From NCBI GenBank assembly GCA_965261345.1, contig OZ253449.1, positions 224,001-288,000 on the forward strand: DNA of 64,000 bases, read 5' to 3'. The position numbers and the translations under genes are program-made. This DNA comes from Chloroflexota bacterium. Lineage in GTDB: Bacteria; Chloroflexota; UBA11872; VXNJ01. The notes beneath the pieces were generated by a model. It did not search any database, was not told the DNA's origin, and was given only the letters and a program-made list of their open reading frames with translations. Shown here one piece after another: positions 22,545 through 33,728 of this stretch. Each line of letters opens with the position of its first letter. Positions within the stretch are counted from its first letter, which is position 1.

Positions 22545-23561
22545 TTGCGGCGACCGGTAGACTGCCAGACAGACGCCGCACAGGAGAGGAACCTTTTGGA
22601 AATTACGCCAATCGACATTAGTAGTCGGCTCGATGAAGAGCACCGCAGAGTGTTCGATGCCCTCCCCAAAACTCCGCGCGATTGGTCCGATATCCCCGCC
22701 CTGCGAAAGCGGACCGCGGCCGCACGGCCGACCAAACCTAAGCCGGCGGCATCGGTTGCAATAACTGAACGATGGGTTCCCGGTCCGGCGAATTCGCCGG
22801 ACCTGAAATTGCGTATCTACCGTCCAAACGATCTGCCGCAACCGGCGGCAGCGCTCTACTGGATCCATGGCGGGGGCACGGTGCTGGGCGACGCGACGAT
22901 GAACGACTGTTACTGCGCCAACATTGCCGACCAACTCGCAATTCTCGTTACGTCGATCGAATACCGAAGGGCGCCCGAACACCCGTTCCCTACCCCGCTT
23001 GAGGATTGCTACGCGGGATTTAAGTGGATGGCTACCGCCGGCGGCGATCTTGGGGTTGACCCAGACCGGATCGCGGTTGGTGGAATCAGCGCCGGCGGCT
23101 TGCTGTCGGCGGCGCTCGCGCTCCTGGCGCGTGACCGCGCTGAATTCCGGCCGTGCTTTCAGTTATTGGATGCGCCGATGCTCGATGATCGCGCTGATAC
23201 TCCCAGCAGCTACATGGTCACCGATCCGCGCACCTGGGATCGGAAATCGAACCTGCAGGGGTGGAATGCCTATCTACAAGGCAACGCCGGTGGAGAGGAT
23301 GTATCGCCCTACGCCGCTCCTGGACGCGCCGTTGCTCTTGCCGGCTTGCCCCCGGCCTACATCAACGTCGGAGACCTCGACGGCCTGCTTGATGAGGACG
23401 TGGCTTATGCCGGCGGGTTGGCCCATGCCGGGGTACCGGTGGAGCTGCACGTCTACCCCGGCGCCTACCATGGTTCAGCCATAAGCGTGTCCGGTACCAA
23501 ACTCTCGCAGCGCTGGATTGCCGACGAGCTGGCGGCGCTGGCGCGGGCATTAAAAAGCTAG
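22545..23561 (+). CDS. HSL-family alpha/beta hydrolase (esterase); true start probably downstream
   Basis: HGGG oxyanion motif, GISAG nucleophile and GAYH. Confidence 0.9.
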   Translation: MRRPVDCQTDAAQERNLLEITPIDISSRLDEEHRRVFDALPKTPRDWSDIPALRKRTAAARPTKPKPAASVAITERWVPGPANSPDLKLRIYRPNDLPQPAAALYWIHGGGTVLGDATMNDCYCANIADQLAILVTSIEYRRAPEHPFPTPLEDCYAGFKWMATAGGDLGVDPDRIAVGGISAGGLLSAALALLARDRAEFRPCFQLLDAPMLDDRADTPSSYMVTDPRTWDRKSNLQGWNAYLQGNAGGEDVSPYAAPGRAVALAGLPPAYINVGDLDGLLDEDVAYAGGLAHAGVPVELHVYPGAYHGSAISVSGTKLSQRWIADELAALARALKS

Positions 23562-23850
23562 CTCGTAAGTTTTCGATCGGCCCGCCGGCCGACCCCCGTG
23601 TGGCGGCGATTTGGACCGCAGGCCCGATATCCGCACCGATTGGATTTTTGCCAAAATTGCGATCGCGAACATTTCGAGATTTACAGCATGACCACGTCAC
23701 ACCGTGCTCGTTTAGGCGTTTTGCCAACGATCGGGCGGCGGTAAGAATTGATCAGGCGGCGATCGGCAATAACCGCCGGCTGCCCCGCGAATTCTGGCGC
23801 GCAAACCCGGACAAACCAGCAATTAAAGCAATTGGATAAAGGAACCTGAC

Positions 23851-24669
23851 GTGGATTTTGGGCTCACCGGCAAAAAGGCATTTGTGGCCGGCGGCGGCCG
23901 GGGCATCGGCAAGGCTATTGCCCGGGTTCTGGCCCGCGAAGGCTGCGACGTTGTTGTGGCCGCTCGCACCCGGGAACAGCTCGAGGCGTCGGCGCGGGAA
24001 ATCGCTGCTATCAGCGGCCGCAAGGTCATTCCACTGGTAATGGACGCGACCAAAACCGACCAAGTTGACCGGGTGGTAGCGGAAGCAGCAGATAGATTGG
24101 GCGGTTTGCACATCGTGGTCAACAGCGCCTCCCATCCCGGCGGCGCCGCCGATGCCGTCGGTTACATTGAGACCGTCAACGAAGGTTCCTTACTCAACGA
24201 TTTCGACATCAAGTACGTCGGCGCCCTGCGGATCGCGCGGGCCGCAATTCCACCGCTAAAGCAGCAGGGTTGGGGACGGATCATCAACATCAGCGGCGGC
24301 AACGCCCGGAACGCTGGGAACCTCAGTGGGGGTGCGCGCAATGTCTCCCTGGTGCACATGACTAAGACTTTGTCGCTAAGCCTGGGACAATTCGGCATTA
24401 CCGTCAACTGCATCCACCCCGGCCCTACCCGTACTGAGAGGACGGCCGGCATGCTCGCGGCCCAGGCGGACGCGCGCGGCATAAGTCCGCAAGAAGTTGA
24501 GCGCCAGGATTTTGCCCCTGATCTGGGTGCGCGCAACGCGATCGGCCGCATGGTTGAAGCCGAGGAACTCGGGTACCTGGCCGCTTTCCTGGCCTCGAGC
24601 AAGGCCGCGGCCATTACCGGCGAAGTAATCGCTTCCGGCGGCGGCGAAGGCACCGCCGTCTTTTACTAG
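23851..24669 (+). CDS. Atypical SDR oxidoreductase
   Basis: AGGGRGIG Rossmann motif; YxxxK is replaced by GGARN. Confidence 0.87.
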   Translation: MDFGLTGKKAFVAGGGRGIGKAIARVLAREGCDVVVAARTREQLEASAREIAAISGRKVIPLVMDATKTDQVDRVVAEAADRLGGLHIVVNSASHPGGAADAVGYIETVNEGSLLNDFDIKYVGALRIARAAIPPLKQQGWGRIINISGGNARNAGNLSGGARNVSLVHMTKTLSLSLGQFGITVNCIHPGPTRTERTAGMLAAQADARGISPQEVERQDFAPDLGARNAIGRMVEAEELGYLAAFLASSKAAAITGEVIASGGGEGTAVFY

Positions 24670-24886
24670 CCGACGGTATGCATCCGCGCGCAATGACTGC
24701 CGTGCCGCAGTCGCAGGATCGGCGCGGCATGGCTACGAAACCCGCCCCGGGCAGGGGCTGATTCGGACAGCAACGGGGCCTGAGGATTCCGATCACAGAG
24801 CCAATCGCGGTTGATCTGCAATCGAAAACGCGACCGGGAGGATCCCGCTTGCTTGGGCCCGCGGGCAAATCCAAACCGAACTGACC

Positions 24887-26236
24887 TCATCTGAGCGTGA
24901 TCTGAAAAGAATGCGCGGGCGAACTCGGAAGGGGCGCGGAAAGACTGATGGTTAGCCGGCCGCTGTCGCAATGGGCGACCGCCGGAGTTGATTGGCCTAG
25001 GACCGACACTTTGACCTTGCCAAAACCGGGGCCCAAATCAAACGTGAGCCCGTTTGGATCAGGTTGGCCCAGCACGATCGCGTAAATTTCACCATTTTTT
25101 GCCGTGAATCGAACCGGGATGCCGTCGGCGGTTTCGCTACTGGCGCGAACCCAGGGCCGGGTGCCAAAGATCGCCTCCCCGTTTCGATCCAACCAGGCCC
25201 CGAGCGCGTGGAGCCGGCTCGCTTGAATTTCAGGGATGGCGCCGTCCGCCATCGGGCCAACGTTGAGTAGCAAGTTCCCGTTTTTGCTCACGACATCGAC
25301 TAGGAGATGGATCAGTTCCGCTTCTCCGATGGTGTGCTCGTCGGTTTCTTGCCGGTTGTAACCAAATGAGTAACCCAGTCCCCGGCACGTCTCCCACTTG
25401 AACTTGGTGATATCGTCCATCTGGGAATATTCGGGGGTTTTGAAGTCATGATGCCGCGGGGGCGCCCCCTCCTTGCAGATCTCAAATCGGTTGTTGATCA
25501 CTCCGTTGGGATTGACGTTGTAGAAATCCGCCACGATAGCGGCCAGATCGCCCTGTTCGGGATAGCCGATGTCGTTCCAGAGGATGGTCGGATCGTACCT
25601 ACGAATCAATTCGCGCCAGTGTGAGTCGGCATACTCTGCAAATTCCAGGGTGTGATTGATGGTGTCCCGGACATCCTGGTGGGTGTGTATCGGTCGCTGG
25701 TTAAAGCTCCAGTCGAGTCCGCCCGAGTAGTAGAGACCCATTCGCATCCCGGAAGCTTTGACTGCCGCGGTCAACTCGCCAACTACGTCGCGCGGGCACG
25801 ATGTGCGATTTGCAGGCAAATGGGGGTTCGCAACAGCGCTCGGCCACAGGGTGAAGCCGTCATGATGCTTGGTCGTGAGCACGACATAGCGGGCATTGGC
25901 GTCTGCGAAAAGCGAGGCCATCGCGCAAGGATCCCACGACTTGACCGCCTGATTGAATTTGGGGGCAAAATCCATGTAGCCGAAATTTACGCCATAGGCT
26001 CGACGGTGCTCATGGTAGGTGGGCGACCCTTCGATACGCAGGGTGTTGAGGTACCACTCCGAATACGGATTGTTGGCAAACCACCGCCCCCAGTCGACTG
26101 TACCAAAACTCCCTACCGGGGTTGCCCACCCCGGGACCGAGAAGAGCCCCCAGTGGATGAAGATTCCGAGCTTGGCATCATCGAACCACGCCGGGACCTG
26201 GTGCTTGCGGATCGATTCCCAATTGGGTTCAAACAT
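24887..26236 (-). CDS. Alpha-L-fucosidase (GH29)
   Basis: WFDDAKLGIFIHWG, TTKHHDGF, LWND nucleophile and GNLLLNVGP. Confidence 0.95.
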   Translation of the reverse strand: MFEPNWESIRKHQVPAWFDDAKLGIFIHWGLFSVPGWATPVGSFGTVDWGRWFANNPYSEWYLNTLRIEGSPTYHEHRRAYGVNFGYMDFAPKFNQAVKSWDPCAMASLFADANARYVVLTTKHHDGFTLWPSAVANPHLPANRTSCPRDVVGELTAAVKASGMRMGLYYSGGLDWSFNQRPIHTHQDVRDTINHTLEFAEYADSHWRELIRRYDPTILWNDIGYPEQGDLAAIVADFYNVNPNGVINNRFEICKEGAPPRHHDFKTPEYSQMDDITKFKWETCRGLGYSFGYNRQETDEHTIGEAELIHLLVDVVSKNGNLLLNVGPMADGAIPEIQASRLHALGAWLDRNGEAIFGTRPWVRASSETADGIPVRFTAKNGEIYAIVLGQPDPNGLTFDLGPGFGKVKVSVLGQSTPAVAHCDSGRLTISLSAPLPSSPAHSFQITLR

Positions 26237-26760
26237 TCGCGCCTCTCAAAGGGGTACATTTCGGCGCTGACCGGTTAGGAAAGTGCGGCCAGACCGTTAA
26301 CACTGCCCAGTTCGAGCATGTAGTGATCTTCGCTTAGATATCGGCGGCCCTCAGCCCCGGCCGACGGGGCCGCGCTCTCAGCCGGTGAGGCCCGCCGCGA
26401 TTGATAGTTTCCTCCGCTGCCGTTCAGCCTCGCAGCGCGCCAGCGATCGCCGGCCGGCCGTTCAGTGCAAATCAACCGCCGGTTTCCACAGATCCGGATC
26501 TGTGACTGTGCAATCGCTCGCAATCATTTCGCGTTTTTTGCGCCATTGGTGCATTAGCGCCCCGCCGGCATTGCCTGCTTAGCCACCCGTATACCGTGGC
26601 CGGGTCCAGCTCAATTGACCCGGCAGGATCTGGCCGAGATGGTGCGAAGGGACCCGATTGAGGAGGACTTGCGGCTTCCCGGGTATCGTAAAAACACCCG
26701 GCTGTCCAAGTGGATCCGGCGTGAATTAAACCAATTACCAAAGATCGAATCGGGCCCATC

Positions 26761-28245
26761 TTGGCAAGCAGTAATCCGCTTAATCCCAACATCATCTTTA
26801 TCCTCAGCGACGATCAAGGCGCGTGGGCAATGGGGTGCGCCGGCAACGATGAGCTGCGCACACCCAATCTGGATCGGATCGCATCGACCGGAATTAGATT
26901 CGAGAATTTCTTCTGCGCCTCGCCCGTCTGTTCACCGGCCCGTGCTTCGATCCTTACCGGACAGATCCCTTCCCAGCACGGGATCCAGGACTTCCTTCGC
27001 AAAGGAAATTACCGGGACAATAAAAACGATGGTGTTGAGATCGAATACCTGCGCGGACAAAAGTCCTACATCGAAACGCTGGCCGAGCACGGGTATGGTT
27101 GCGGACTAAGCGGGAAGTGGCACCTTGGTCGTTCCGCTTTGCCGCAATTGGGCTTTGAATTCTGGAACGTCCACGCATCCGGCGCCGGACCCTACTACCA
27201 GCCGCCCATGTTCGTAGATGGACAGATCTACGAAGCGGACGGTTATGTCAGCGACATTGTCACTGACAACGCGCTCGAATTCCTTGACCGGCAGTTGGAA
27301 TCGGAAGCGCCGTTTTCCCTAAACGTTCACTACACCGCACCGCATGCGCCCTGGGGTCGCGAACATCATCCGGTTGAGGTGTTTAACCATTACTACGATG
27401 ATTGCGCCTTTGACTCGGCCCCCTGCGAGGCGGTCAACCCCAACCAGATTGCCAAAGCGCCAAACTCGGGAACGATTGGCAACACTCCCGAGAACCGCCG
27501 CTTGGCGTTGAGCGGATACTACGCGGCGATCGACGAAATGGACCGGAACATCGGACGGCTGCTCGACTGGCTGGAGGCTCAGGGTCTTAGGGAAAACACC
27601 CTGGTGGTTTTCAACGCCGACAACGGTATGAACATGGGGCACCACGGCATCTGGGGCAAGGGCAACGGAACCTATCCGCTAAACCTGTTCGACACCGCGG
27701 TGAAGGTGCCGATGCTGGCCTCGCGACCCGGGCACGTTCCCCAGGGCCTGGTTTGCGACCAGCTGCTAAGCCAATACGATTTCGCCCCGACCCTGCTTGG
27801 CTACATCGGCTTCGCAATGGATTCAGATCGCCCGTTGCCCGGTCGGGATTTTTCAGCGGTGCTGCGGGGCGAGTCGATGGACGGCGACGCACCGGTCTTC
27901 GTGCTTGACGAATACGGCCCCAACCGCATGATTCGCACCCGCAGCTGGAAGTACATCCACCGTTACGCCGACGGCCCCGGCGAACTCTACGACCTAGTCA
28001 ACGACCCGCTTGAGACCCGCAACCTGGCCGATGAAGCCCGGCACTCCGGCCGGGTCGGCGCACTTAGAGCCGACCTGGAAGCTTGGTATCAAATTTATGT
28101 CGATCCGAGGGTGGACGGATTGCGCAGCAAGGTCACCGGAATGGGCCAGGTCGGACTGGTCGGTTCGCCAGACTACGGTAAGCCCTTTGAAGATGACGTG
28201 ATCCTGTTTCATGACTCGCCGGTGCCCAATTTCAGCCCGGTTTAA
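26761..28245 (+). CDS. Sulfatase (Cys-type formylglycine)
   Basis: PNIIFILSDD, CSPARASILTG and GKWHLG. Confidence 0.95.
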   Translation: MASSNPLNPNIIFILSDDQGAWAMGCAGNDELRTPNLDRIASTGIRFENFFCASPVCSPARASILTGQIPSQHGIQDFLRKGNYRDNKNDGVEIEYLRGQKSYIETLAEHGYGCGLSGKWHLGRSALPQLGFEFWNVHASGAGPYYQPPMFVDGQIYEADGYVSDIVTDNALEFLDRQLESEAPFSLNVHYTAPHAPWGREHHPVEVFNHYYDDCAFDSAPCEAVNPNQIAKAPNSGTIGNTPENRRLALSGYYAAIDEMDRNIGRLLDWLEAQGLRENTLVVFNADNGMNMGHHGIWGKGNGTYPLNLFDTAVKVPMLASRPGHVPQGLVCDQLLSQYDFAPTLLGYIGFAMDSDRPLPGRDFSAVLRGESMDGDAPVFVLDEYGPNRMIRTRSWKYIHRYADGPGELYDLVNDPLETRNLADEARHSGRVGALRADLEAWYQIYVDPRVDGLRSKVTGMGQVGLVGSPDYGKPFEDDVILFHDSPVPNFSPV

Positions 28246-28387
28246 CCGGCCATCAAAATCTGTTGGCTAAGCTGCCGGCGGGCGCGACAATATCTGGGAA
28301 GCGACCTGGATCGACCGCAATCCGGGCATTTTCGGCTGAGGGACCGGGCAGCGGCGCTCCCCTACGGCCGGTTGCGGATGGATTGAT

Positions 28388-29455
28388 ATGACCAAAGCGC
28401 GAATGGGCGTTATCGGCGCCGGCTGGTGGGCCACCCAATTCCATATCCCCAGCCTCAAGACGTACAAAAACGCCAAACTGGTTGGAATCTGCGACGTAAA
28501 GGCCGACAAGCTGGCCCGTGCGGCCGACTATTACGACATCCCGGGCCGTTTTCTTGACCACCACGAACTGCTGGCCGCCGGGGTCGACGGCGTGGTCGTG
28601 GCCGTACAGCACGCCTATCACTATCAGGTCGCCCGTGACGCCCTCGACGCCGGGGTCAGCGTATTGGTGGAAAAACCAATGACCCTGCGGTCAGCCGAGG
28701 CTTGGGACCTGGTTGAGCGGGCTGAGAAAAACGACCTCCATCTCATGGTCGGTTACACCTTCCATTTCACCCGGCACGCCCAGGCGGCGCGGGAAATAGT
28801 CCAGTCGGGCCAGCTCGGGGATATTCAGTTCGTCTCCGGCATTTTTGCAACCATCGTGGAGTCGTACCTGCGTGGGGATCCCGACGACTACGCCAGCATG
28901 TTTGAGTTTCCAGTTACCGGGCCCGAGCCCTCGACCTATTCGGACCCGGCTATCGCCGGCGGCGGTCAGGGCGTGTTGCAGGTCACCCATCCCATGGGCA
29001 TGGCGCTCTGGGTCACCGGACTCTGCGCGGTCGCAGTGTCCGGATTCATGGAGAACTACGATCTGGCAGTTGACCTGGTCGATGCATTCAGTTACCGGCT
29101 AGACAATGGAGCGGTGGGGGTGATGGGATCGACCGGCGGAATGCGGCCAAACCAGGCGCCGATCCAGGCCAACGACTATTTCGGGACCAATGGTTTCATG
29201 CGCCAGGACCTGGCCAATGGAAAGTTGAGTGCCCACTTCCATGACGGAACTTCCAACGTGTTCCCCGACCTCCCAAAAGAGGATGCTTACCCTCAGCACC
29301 TCCCCTCACGGGCGCTGGCCGACCTGATCAACGGCGGCGGAGAAAACCGGGCTCCCGGACGTCTCGGGGCACGGGTGGTTGAGTTTCTCGAGGCCGGATA
29401 CCAGGCGGCCCAGAACGGCGAAACCGTCCAGATAAATCCGCGGCGCGGCGCCTGA
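28388..29455 (+). CDS. Gfo/Idh/MocA oxidoreductase
   Basis: GVIGAGWWA and VLVEKP. Confidence 0.92.
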   Translation: MTKARMGVIGAGWWATQFHIPSLKTYKNAKLVGICDVKADKLARAADYYDIPGRFLDHHELLAAGVDGVVVAVQHAYHYQVARDALDAGVSVLVEKPMTLRSAEAWDLVERAEKNDLHLMVGYTFHFTRHAQAAREIVQSGQLGDIQFVSGIFATIVESYLRGDPDDYASMFEFPVTGPEPSTYSDPAIAGGGQGVLQVTHPMGMALWVTGLCAVAVSGFMENYDLAVDLVDAFSYRLDNGAVGVMGSTGGMRPNQAPIQANDYFGTNGFMRQDLANGKLSAHFHDGTSNVFPDLPKEDAYPQHLPSRALADLINGGGENRAPGRLGARVVEFLEAGYQAAQNGETVQINPRRGA

Positions 29456-29468
29456 GCTAGCTAGGGGA

Positions 29469-29789
29469 ATGGAGCGCGTTGGATTCCTGCTCAAGGTCCG
29501 CAAGGATCGCCTGGGCGAGTACAAACAGCACCACGAAGCCGTATGGCCGGAGATGCTGGCCGCGCTGCGGCGGCACGGCTGGCACAACTATTCGCTTTTC
29601 CTGGCCGAGGACGGTACGCTTTTTGGCTACTTCGAAGCCGCCGACAGCCTCCAGGCCAGCTTGGAGGGGATGGGATCGGAAGAGGTGAACGCGCGTTGGC
29701 AGGCATTCATGGCCGAGTTTTTCGAAGGTCTGGAGGGGCACGCCGACCAGGGCATGGTCAAGCTGGAACAGGTGTTCTATTTGGAGTAG
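29469..29789 (+). CDS. L-rhamnose mutarotase (RhaM)-family protein
   Basis: EYKQHHEAVWPEML...NYSLFL, with GGGGA RBS. Confidence 0.9.
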   Translation: MERVGFLLKVRKDRLGEYKQHHEAVWPEMLAALRRHGWHNYSLFLAEDGTLFGYFEAADSLQASLEGMGSEEVNARWQAFMAEFFEGLEGHADQGMVKLEQVFYLE

Positions 29790-30034
29790 CGGGCCGGCAT
29801 CCGGCGGTTGCAGCAAGTCGCGCAAATACCCGACGGGCAGGCGATCTGCGGCCAATTTGCGAACCAACTTGACCGATTTAGCCCGATTGGGTTCGGTGGC
29901 GCCGGCAACTGGTCGCAATCGCGCCAGCGGCGCGTCGATTCCAAGGTTGGATCTGCCTGGCGGCCGCAACCGATTGACGGCCGGCAGTGGGGGCAGAATT
30001 TCTAAGACACTTGGAGCGAAGAGATGAATTGGTC

Positions 30035-30907
30035 ATGAACAAGCCGGCGTTCGTCGACAGCCACGTCCACTTCTACGATATGCAGCATCCGGAACTGGTG
30101 TACAAACACTGGGCGCCGGATGTTGAGCATCCAACCCTGGGCACACGGATGCGCAAACTCGGCCAACACAATTTCCTGGCCGAAGATTTCATTGCGATCT
30201 CGCGGCCCTTAAATGTTGCCAAAGCCGTCCATGTCCAGGCCGCGATCGGCTCGCCCGATCCGGTAACCGAGACCGAGTGGCTCCAGGCGGCGGCCGACCG
30301 GACGGGTTTCCCCCACGGAATCATCGCTTTTGCCGACTTGTCCGCGCCCGATGCGGAGGAAACCCTCATTCGCCATTGCGCATTCGCGAACATGCGCGGC
30401 ATTCGCGATTTCGATGCGGCCGACCACCTTACCGACCCCGAATTTGTGCGCGGATTCGGGTTGCTGCAAAAATACGACCTGGCTGCGAGCATGAACGTGA
30501 CCTGGCAGCACCTGGCGACCGTTCGCCATCTGGCCGAACAGCATCCCAAGCTGCGGATCGTCATCGACCACACCGGCGCGCCCCGCGAGCGCGGTCCCGA
30601 ATACATTGCCAACTGGCGGCGCGCGATGGCCCTAGTTGCCGGCGCACCAAACGTCTGGTGCAAGATATCCGGTCTCGGCATGACCGACCATGCTTGGACT
30701 GTCGACTCGATCCGACCCTTTGTCCTGTACTGCATCGAGGCATTCGGGGTTGAGCGATGCTTCTTTGGGACGAACTGGCCGGTCGATAGCCTCTGGAGCG
30801 GGTATGGCGGTATCGTTGACGCCTATACCGAGATCATTGGGGATTTCACTCCCGATGAACGCGAGCGGCTGTTTGTAACCAACGCCGAGACGCTGTACCG
30901 GATCTAA
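30035..30907 (+). CDS. Amidohydrolase_2-family protein (sugar lactonase-like)
   Basis: VDSHVHF, VIDHTG, KISG and FGTNWP. Confidence 0.88.
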   Translation: MNKPAFVDSHVHFYDMQHPELVYKHWAPDVEHPTLGTRMRKLGQHNFLAEDFIAISRPLNVAKAVHVQAAIGSPDPVTETEWLQAAADRTGFPHGIIAFADLSAPDAEETLIRHCAFANMRGIRDFDAADHLTDPEFVRGFGLLQKYDLAASMNVTWQHLATVRHLAEQHPKLRIVIDHTGAPRERGPEYIANWRRAMALVAGAPNVWCKISGLGMTDHAWTVDSIRPFVLYCIEAFGVERCFFGTNWPVDSLWSGYGGIVDAYTEIIGDFTPDERERLFVTNAETLYRI

Positions 30908-32044
30908 TTGCCGGACCGCGAACTCCGGCGGTTGTTTACCGGCGGGGCAACTGAAACTGGACGGCCAAGGCCCCGGCTGGAGGCGTGCGGACCCCCTAGC
31001 CCGCATTTTGCACCAGCCCAGCCGATCAACCCGATTTAGGGCCGATTGGACTTGATCGGGTCTGATATGCGGTCGGAGCCGTCCATTTCTGTCTATTTTG
31101 CGACCGTTACCGGCCCCAGACTCTCCCGCAACAGCACATCCAGCCCATTTGCGGCGCCAATTGCCTGCATTGGACCCAGCGCGGCCGGGACCCTGCCTTC
31201 ACGGCGTCTTTAAGAGCGCCGGGTACTACCCCGGCGCCAGCCGGTAATGGGGAATCTTTAACAGATTTGCCAGGGCCCTGGCAAATTCCTCCTGCCAGGG
31301 AAAGGCCGTAGGCAATGCGAGCCAGATGCGGCGGTGGGTTAGCTTGATGCGGGCGGCGATCTTGAGCAGACGCAGACGCAGGGTATCACAGCGCAGATTG
31401 GCATTGGCGGTTCCCTTTAGCCCCAGCCGCCTTAAGGCCGCAAGCAATACGTAGGCAAACCCCGAGAAATACAGCCGCAGCTGATTGGAGCGCATGGCCC
31501 TGGAGGAGGTGCGGTCGGCGAACAGCCCCAGTTGCATCTCTTTCACCCTGTTCTCCATCTCGCCACGGGCGCAATAGAGCTTCTCGTAAAGGCCCTGCTT
31601 GCCGATACGCGATGAGGGCAGGTTGGTTACCACGAACCTGGGATTGGGACCCTTGCGCAGGTGCTCGGCTTTGGCCACCACCCGCCGCCGCCTCGACCAT
31701 GACTTAAAGGTCCGGTAGTAGAACCCCCGAAAGCGCCGGGACGGGGAACCGGTGGCGGCAGAGCGCCGCCGCGACTTTGCCAGCGCCTTGCCCAGCTTCT
31801 GCTGCAGGCGGGGGTTGCGGGCCAGTCCGAAGACGTAGTAGAGACCCTCTTGCTCACACCAGGTCATGGTCGCATCGCGGGCAAAACCCGAGTCGGCGCG
31901 CAGGATGATCTCGGTAGCCGGCCAGGCCTTCCTGATCCGGGCGATGAGCGGGGAGAGTTCTTCCGCCATCCCCGCTCCGGGATCGCGGCTGGCGCCTTTT
32001 AGACGGCAGAGCAGCAGGTGATCCGCGACAGTTACTTTGTCCGG

Positions 32045-33728
32045 TTCCCGTTGCCTCACCAAAAAATGTAACCGAAATTTGGGACCGTTTATTTGACTCC
32101 GATTGGCGCGATTTCACGTATGATTTCGGCGTTCTCAACCGCACCATCAGCACCGTTTACAACCCCGTATACGAGCTCTTTGGCCATCACCGACCGCCAT
32201 TGCTTGAGCCTTCGCTGCAACGTCCGCAGCTGCTTGGGCCCGACGGCGTCGGGGTGATCACGCATGAGCACTTTCAAGATCTGCATGCCGTTGGCGTCGG
32301 GATGATCCTGCAGGTAGCTAAGCACCTCGGGCCAGACGTGCTCTAGGGGATCAGGGCATGTCCGCCACCACCTGCGGCGCTTTCGTTTTGGACGGCGGGT
32401 CGGATTTGCATCGCCCTCGCGCCACAGATGAGAGAGCCTGGCCAGGAACTGCGACAGATCATCCTTTTGCACCTTGCTTCTTTCCTCGGGCGATGCCAAT
32501 GTGGCCAGGGCCGACTGGGCCGCTCGGATCTCGCTAAGGAGCAAGAGCGGATCCAGTTGCAAGCGCGTAGCGCGCAACCCCTCCTTGACCTTTTCGGCAA
32601 CGGCGGGGTGATCGAGCAGGCGCTGGCAGGGAGTTAGCGGACGGTCGTAGCGCTTTTGGGTTCTGGCTCCATAGCGCTGCTTGGAGATCAGTTTGAAAGA
32701 CGGTTGGAAGAAATTGGTGTAGAGACCAACTAAGGCAAAGAGTCGGGCCAGGGTCTGTCCGGCGATGAGGCCGGCAAAGCGCTCGTAACCGGCAAAGCGT
32801 CTGATTACGGCGCCGTTCTTCTGTTCGATGTAGGCCTGATCGTTGGAGCGGTAGGCGCGTGAGCGGGTGAACTCGATTTCACGCTCTTGGCAGTAATCGA
32901 TAAGGGTCTGGGAGATAAAGGCGCTGTCGTTATCCGAGTCAATGCCGAGCACTGGAATCGGTACCCGCCCGGCTATCACGCCAAGTGCCTCGGTCACAAG
33001 CGTTTGCTCGCGGGCCAGCAGCGGGACTGCCTCCACCCAGCCCGAGCACACATCGGTAACCGACAGGGACTGGATGAAGCTCCCGGCCATGTTGCCACCA
33101 CAGTGGGCCACCAGGTCTATTTCCAGGTAACCGGGGTCGGGGCCATGCCAATCGGCAAACGTCCGGATCGGGACTTTGGCGTGATGGCGATTGCGGCGGC
33201 GGGGATTACGCCTGCGACTGCTGCCGGCGGTCTTGCGCACTGGTTTGAGCATCCGATCGATCGATGCCGGGCTGATTGCGAAGAGCTTGCTTTTAAGGTC
33301 CAGATCAAGCTGCAGGTGGCCATGCCCTTCCAGTGATTCGATCAGGCTGGGCAATATCGCTTGCAACCGTTTGCCGCAGATCCGATCGGCCGCCTCCCAA
33401 AGGACGATCAAAGACTCCTTGACGACCTCGTCGTAGATGCGGTATGTGGACTTGGTGGGCGGTGCCGGAGCAGGGCTTGCAGCATTGCCCAGAATTCGGG
33501 TTGCGTATTTGCGGTTGTAGCCGCTAAGGGCTACGAACTCGTTCAGAATCGCGCCCTTCTCGTTCTTGCTCGCCCGCGCGTAGCGGCCCCTTAAGGCCGC
33601 TAGCAGCTCCTTCCGCACCGCCCGGCTCAGCTTCTTTCCTCGCATCGGTTGCCTCCCTATGGATTTGGGTTACAAATCTAGTGAGGCAACGGCCCTGTTT
33701 GGGTTACAAAAACAGTGAGTCAATGCGC
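32045..33728 (-). mobile_element. ISNCY-like element, copy 2, intact, bracketed by two 26-bp IS21-type IRs (32019-32044 and 33729-33754)
   Basis: Boundaries come from comparison with copy 1. One subterminal repeat at the left end and two inverted copies at the right end. Confidence 0.88.
32089..33645 (-). CDS. ISNCY-like DDE transposase with C-terminal IstA-like HTH domain
   Basis: 518 aa; DDE core LEIDLVAH, GIDSDND, AYIEQKN; C-terminal WRTCPDP...QLRTLQRR..W; GGGAGG RBS. Confidence 0.88.
   Translation of the reverse strand: MRGKKLSRAVRKELLAALRGRYARASKNEKGAILNEFVALSGYNRKYATRILGNAASPAPAPPTKSTYRIYDEVVKESLIVLWEAADRICGKRLQAILPSLIESLEGHGHLQLDLDLKSKLFAISPASIDRMLKPVRKTAGSSRRRNPRRRNRHHAKVPIRTFADWHGPDPGYLEIDLVAHCGGNMAGSFIQSLSVTDVCSGWVEAVPLLAREQTLVTEALGVIAGRVPIPVLGIDSDNDSAFISQTLIDYCQEREIEFTRSRAYRSNDQAYIEQKNGAVIRRFAGYERFAGLIAGQTLARLFALVGLYTNFFQPSFKLISKQRYGARTQKRYDRPLTPCQRLLDHPAVAEKVKEGLRATRLQLDPLLLLSEIRAAQSALATLASPEERSKVQKDDLSQFLARLSHLWREGDANPTRRPKRKRRRWWRTCPDPLEHVWPEVLSYLQDHPDANGMQILKVLMRDHPDAVGPKQLRTLQRRLKQWRSVMAKELVYGVVNGADGAVENAEIIREIAPIGVK

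Noticed and set aside
33664-33724. Tandem TTTGGGTTACAAA...GTGAG repeats as a CRISPR array or dif/Xer sites
   Set aside because: Only two units plus an inverted copy at the other IS end, and a poor match to the dif consensus. Best read as transposase-binding repeats.
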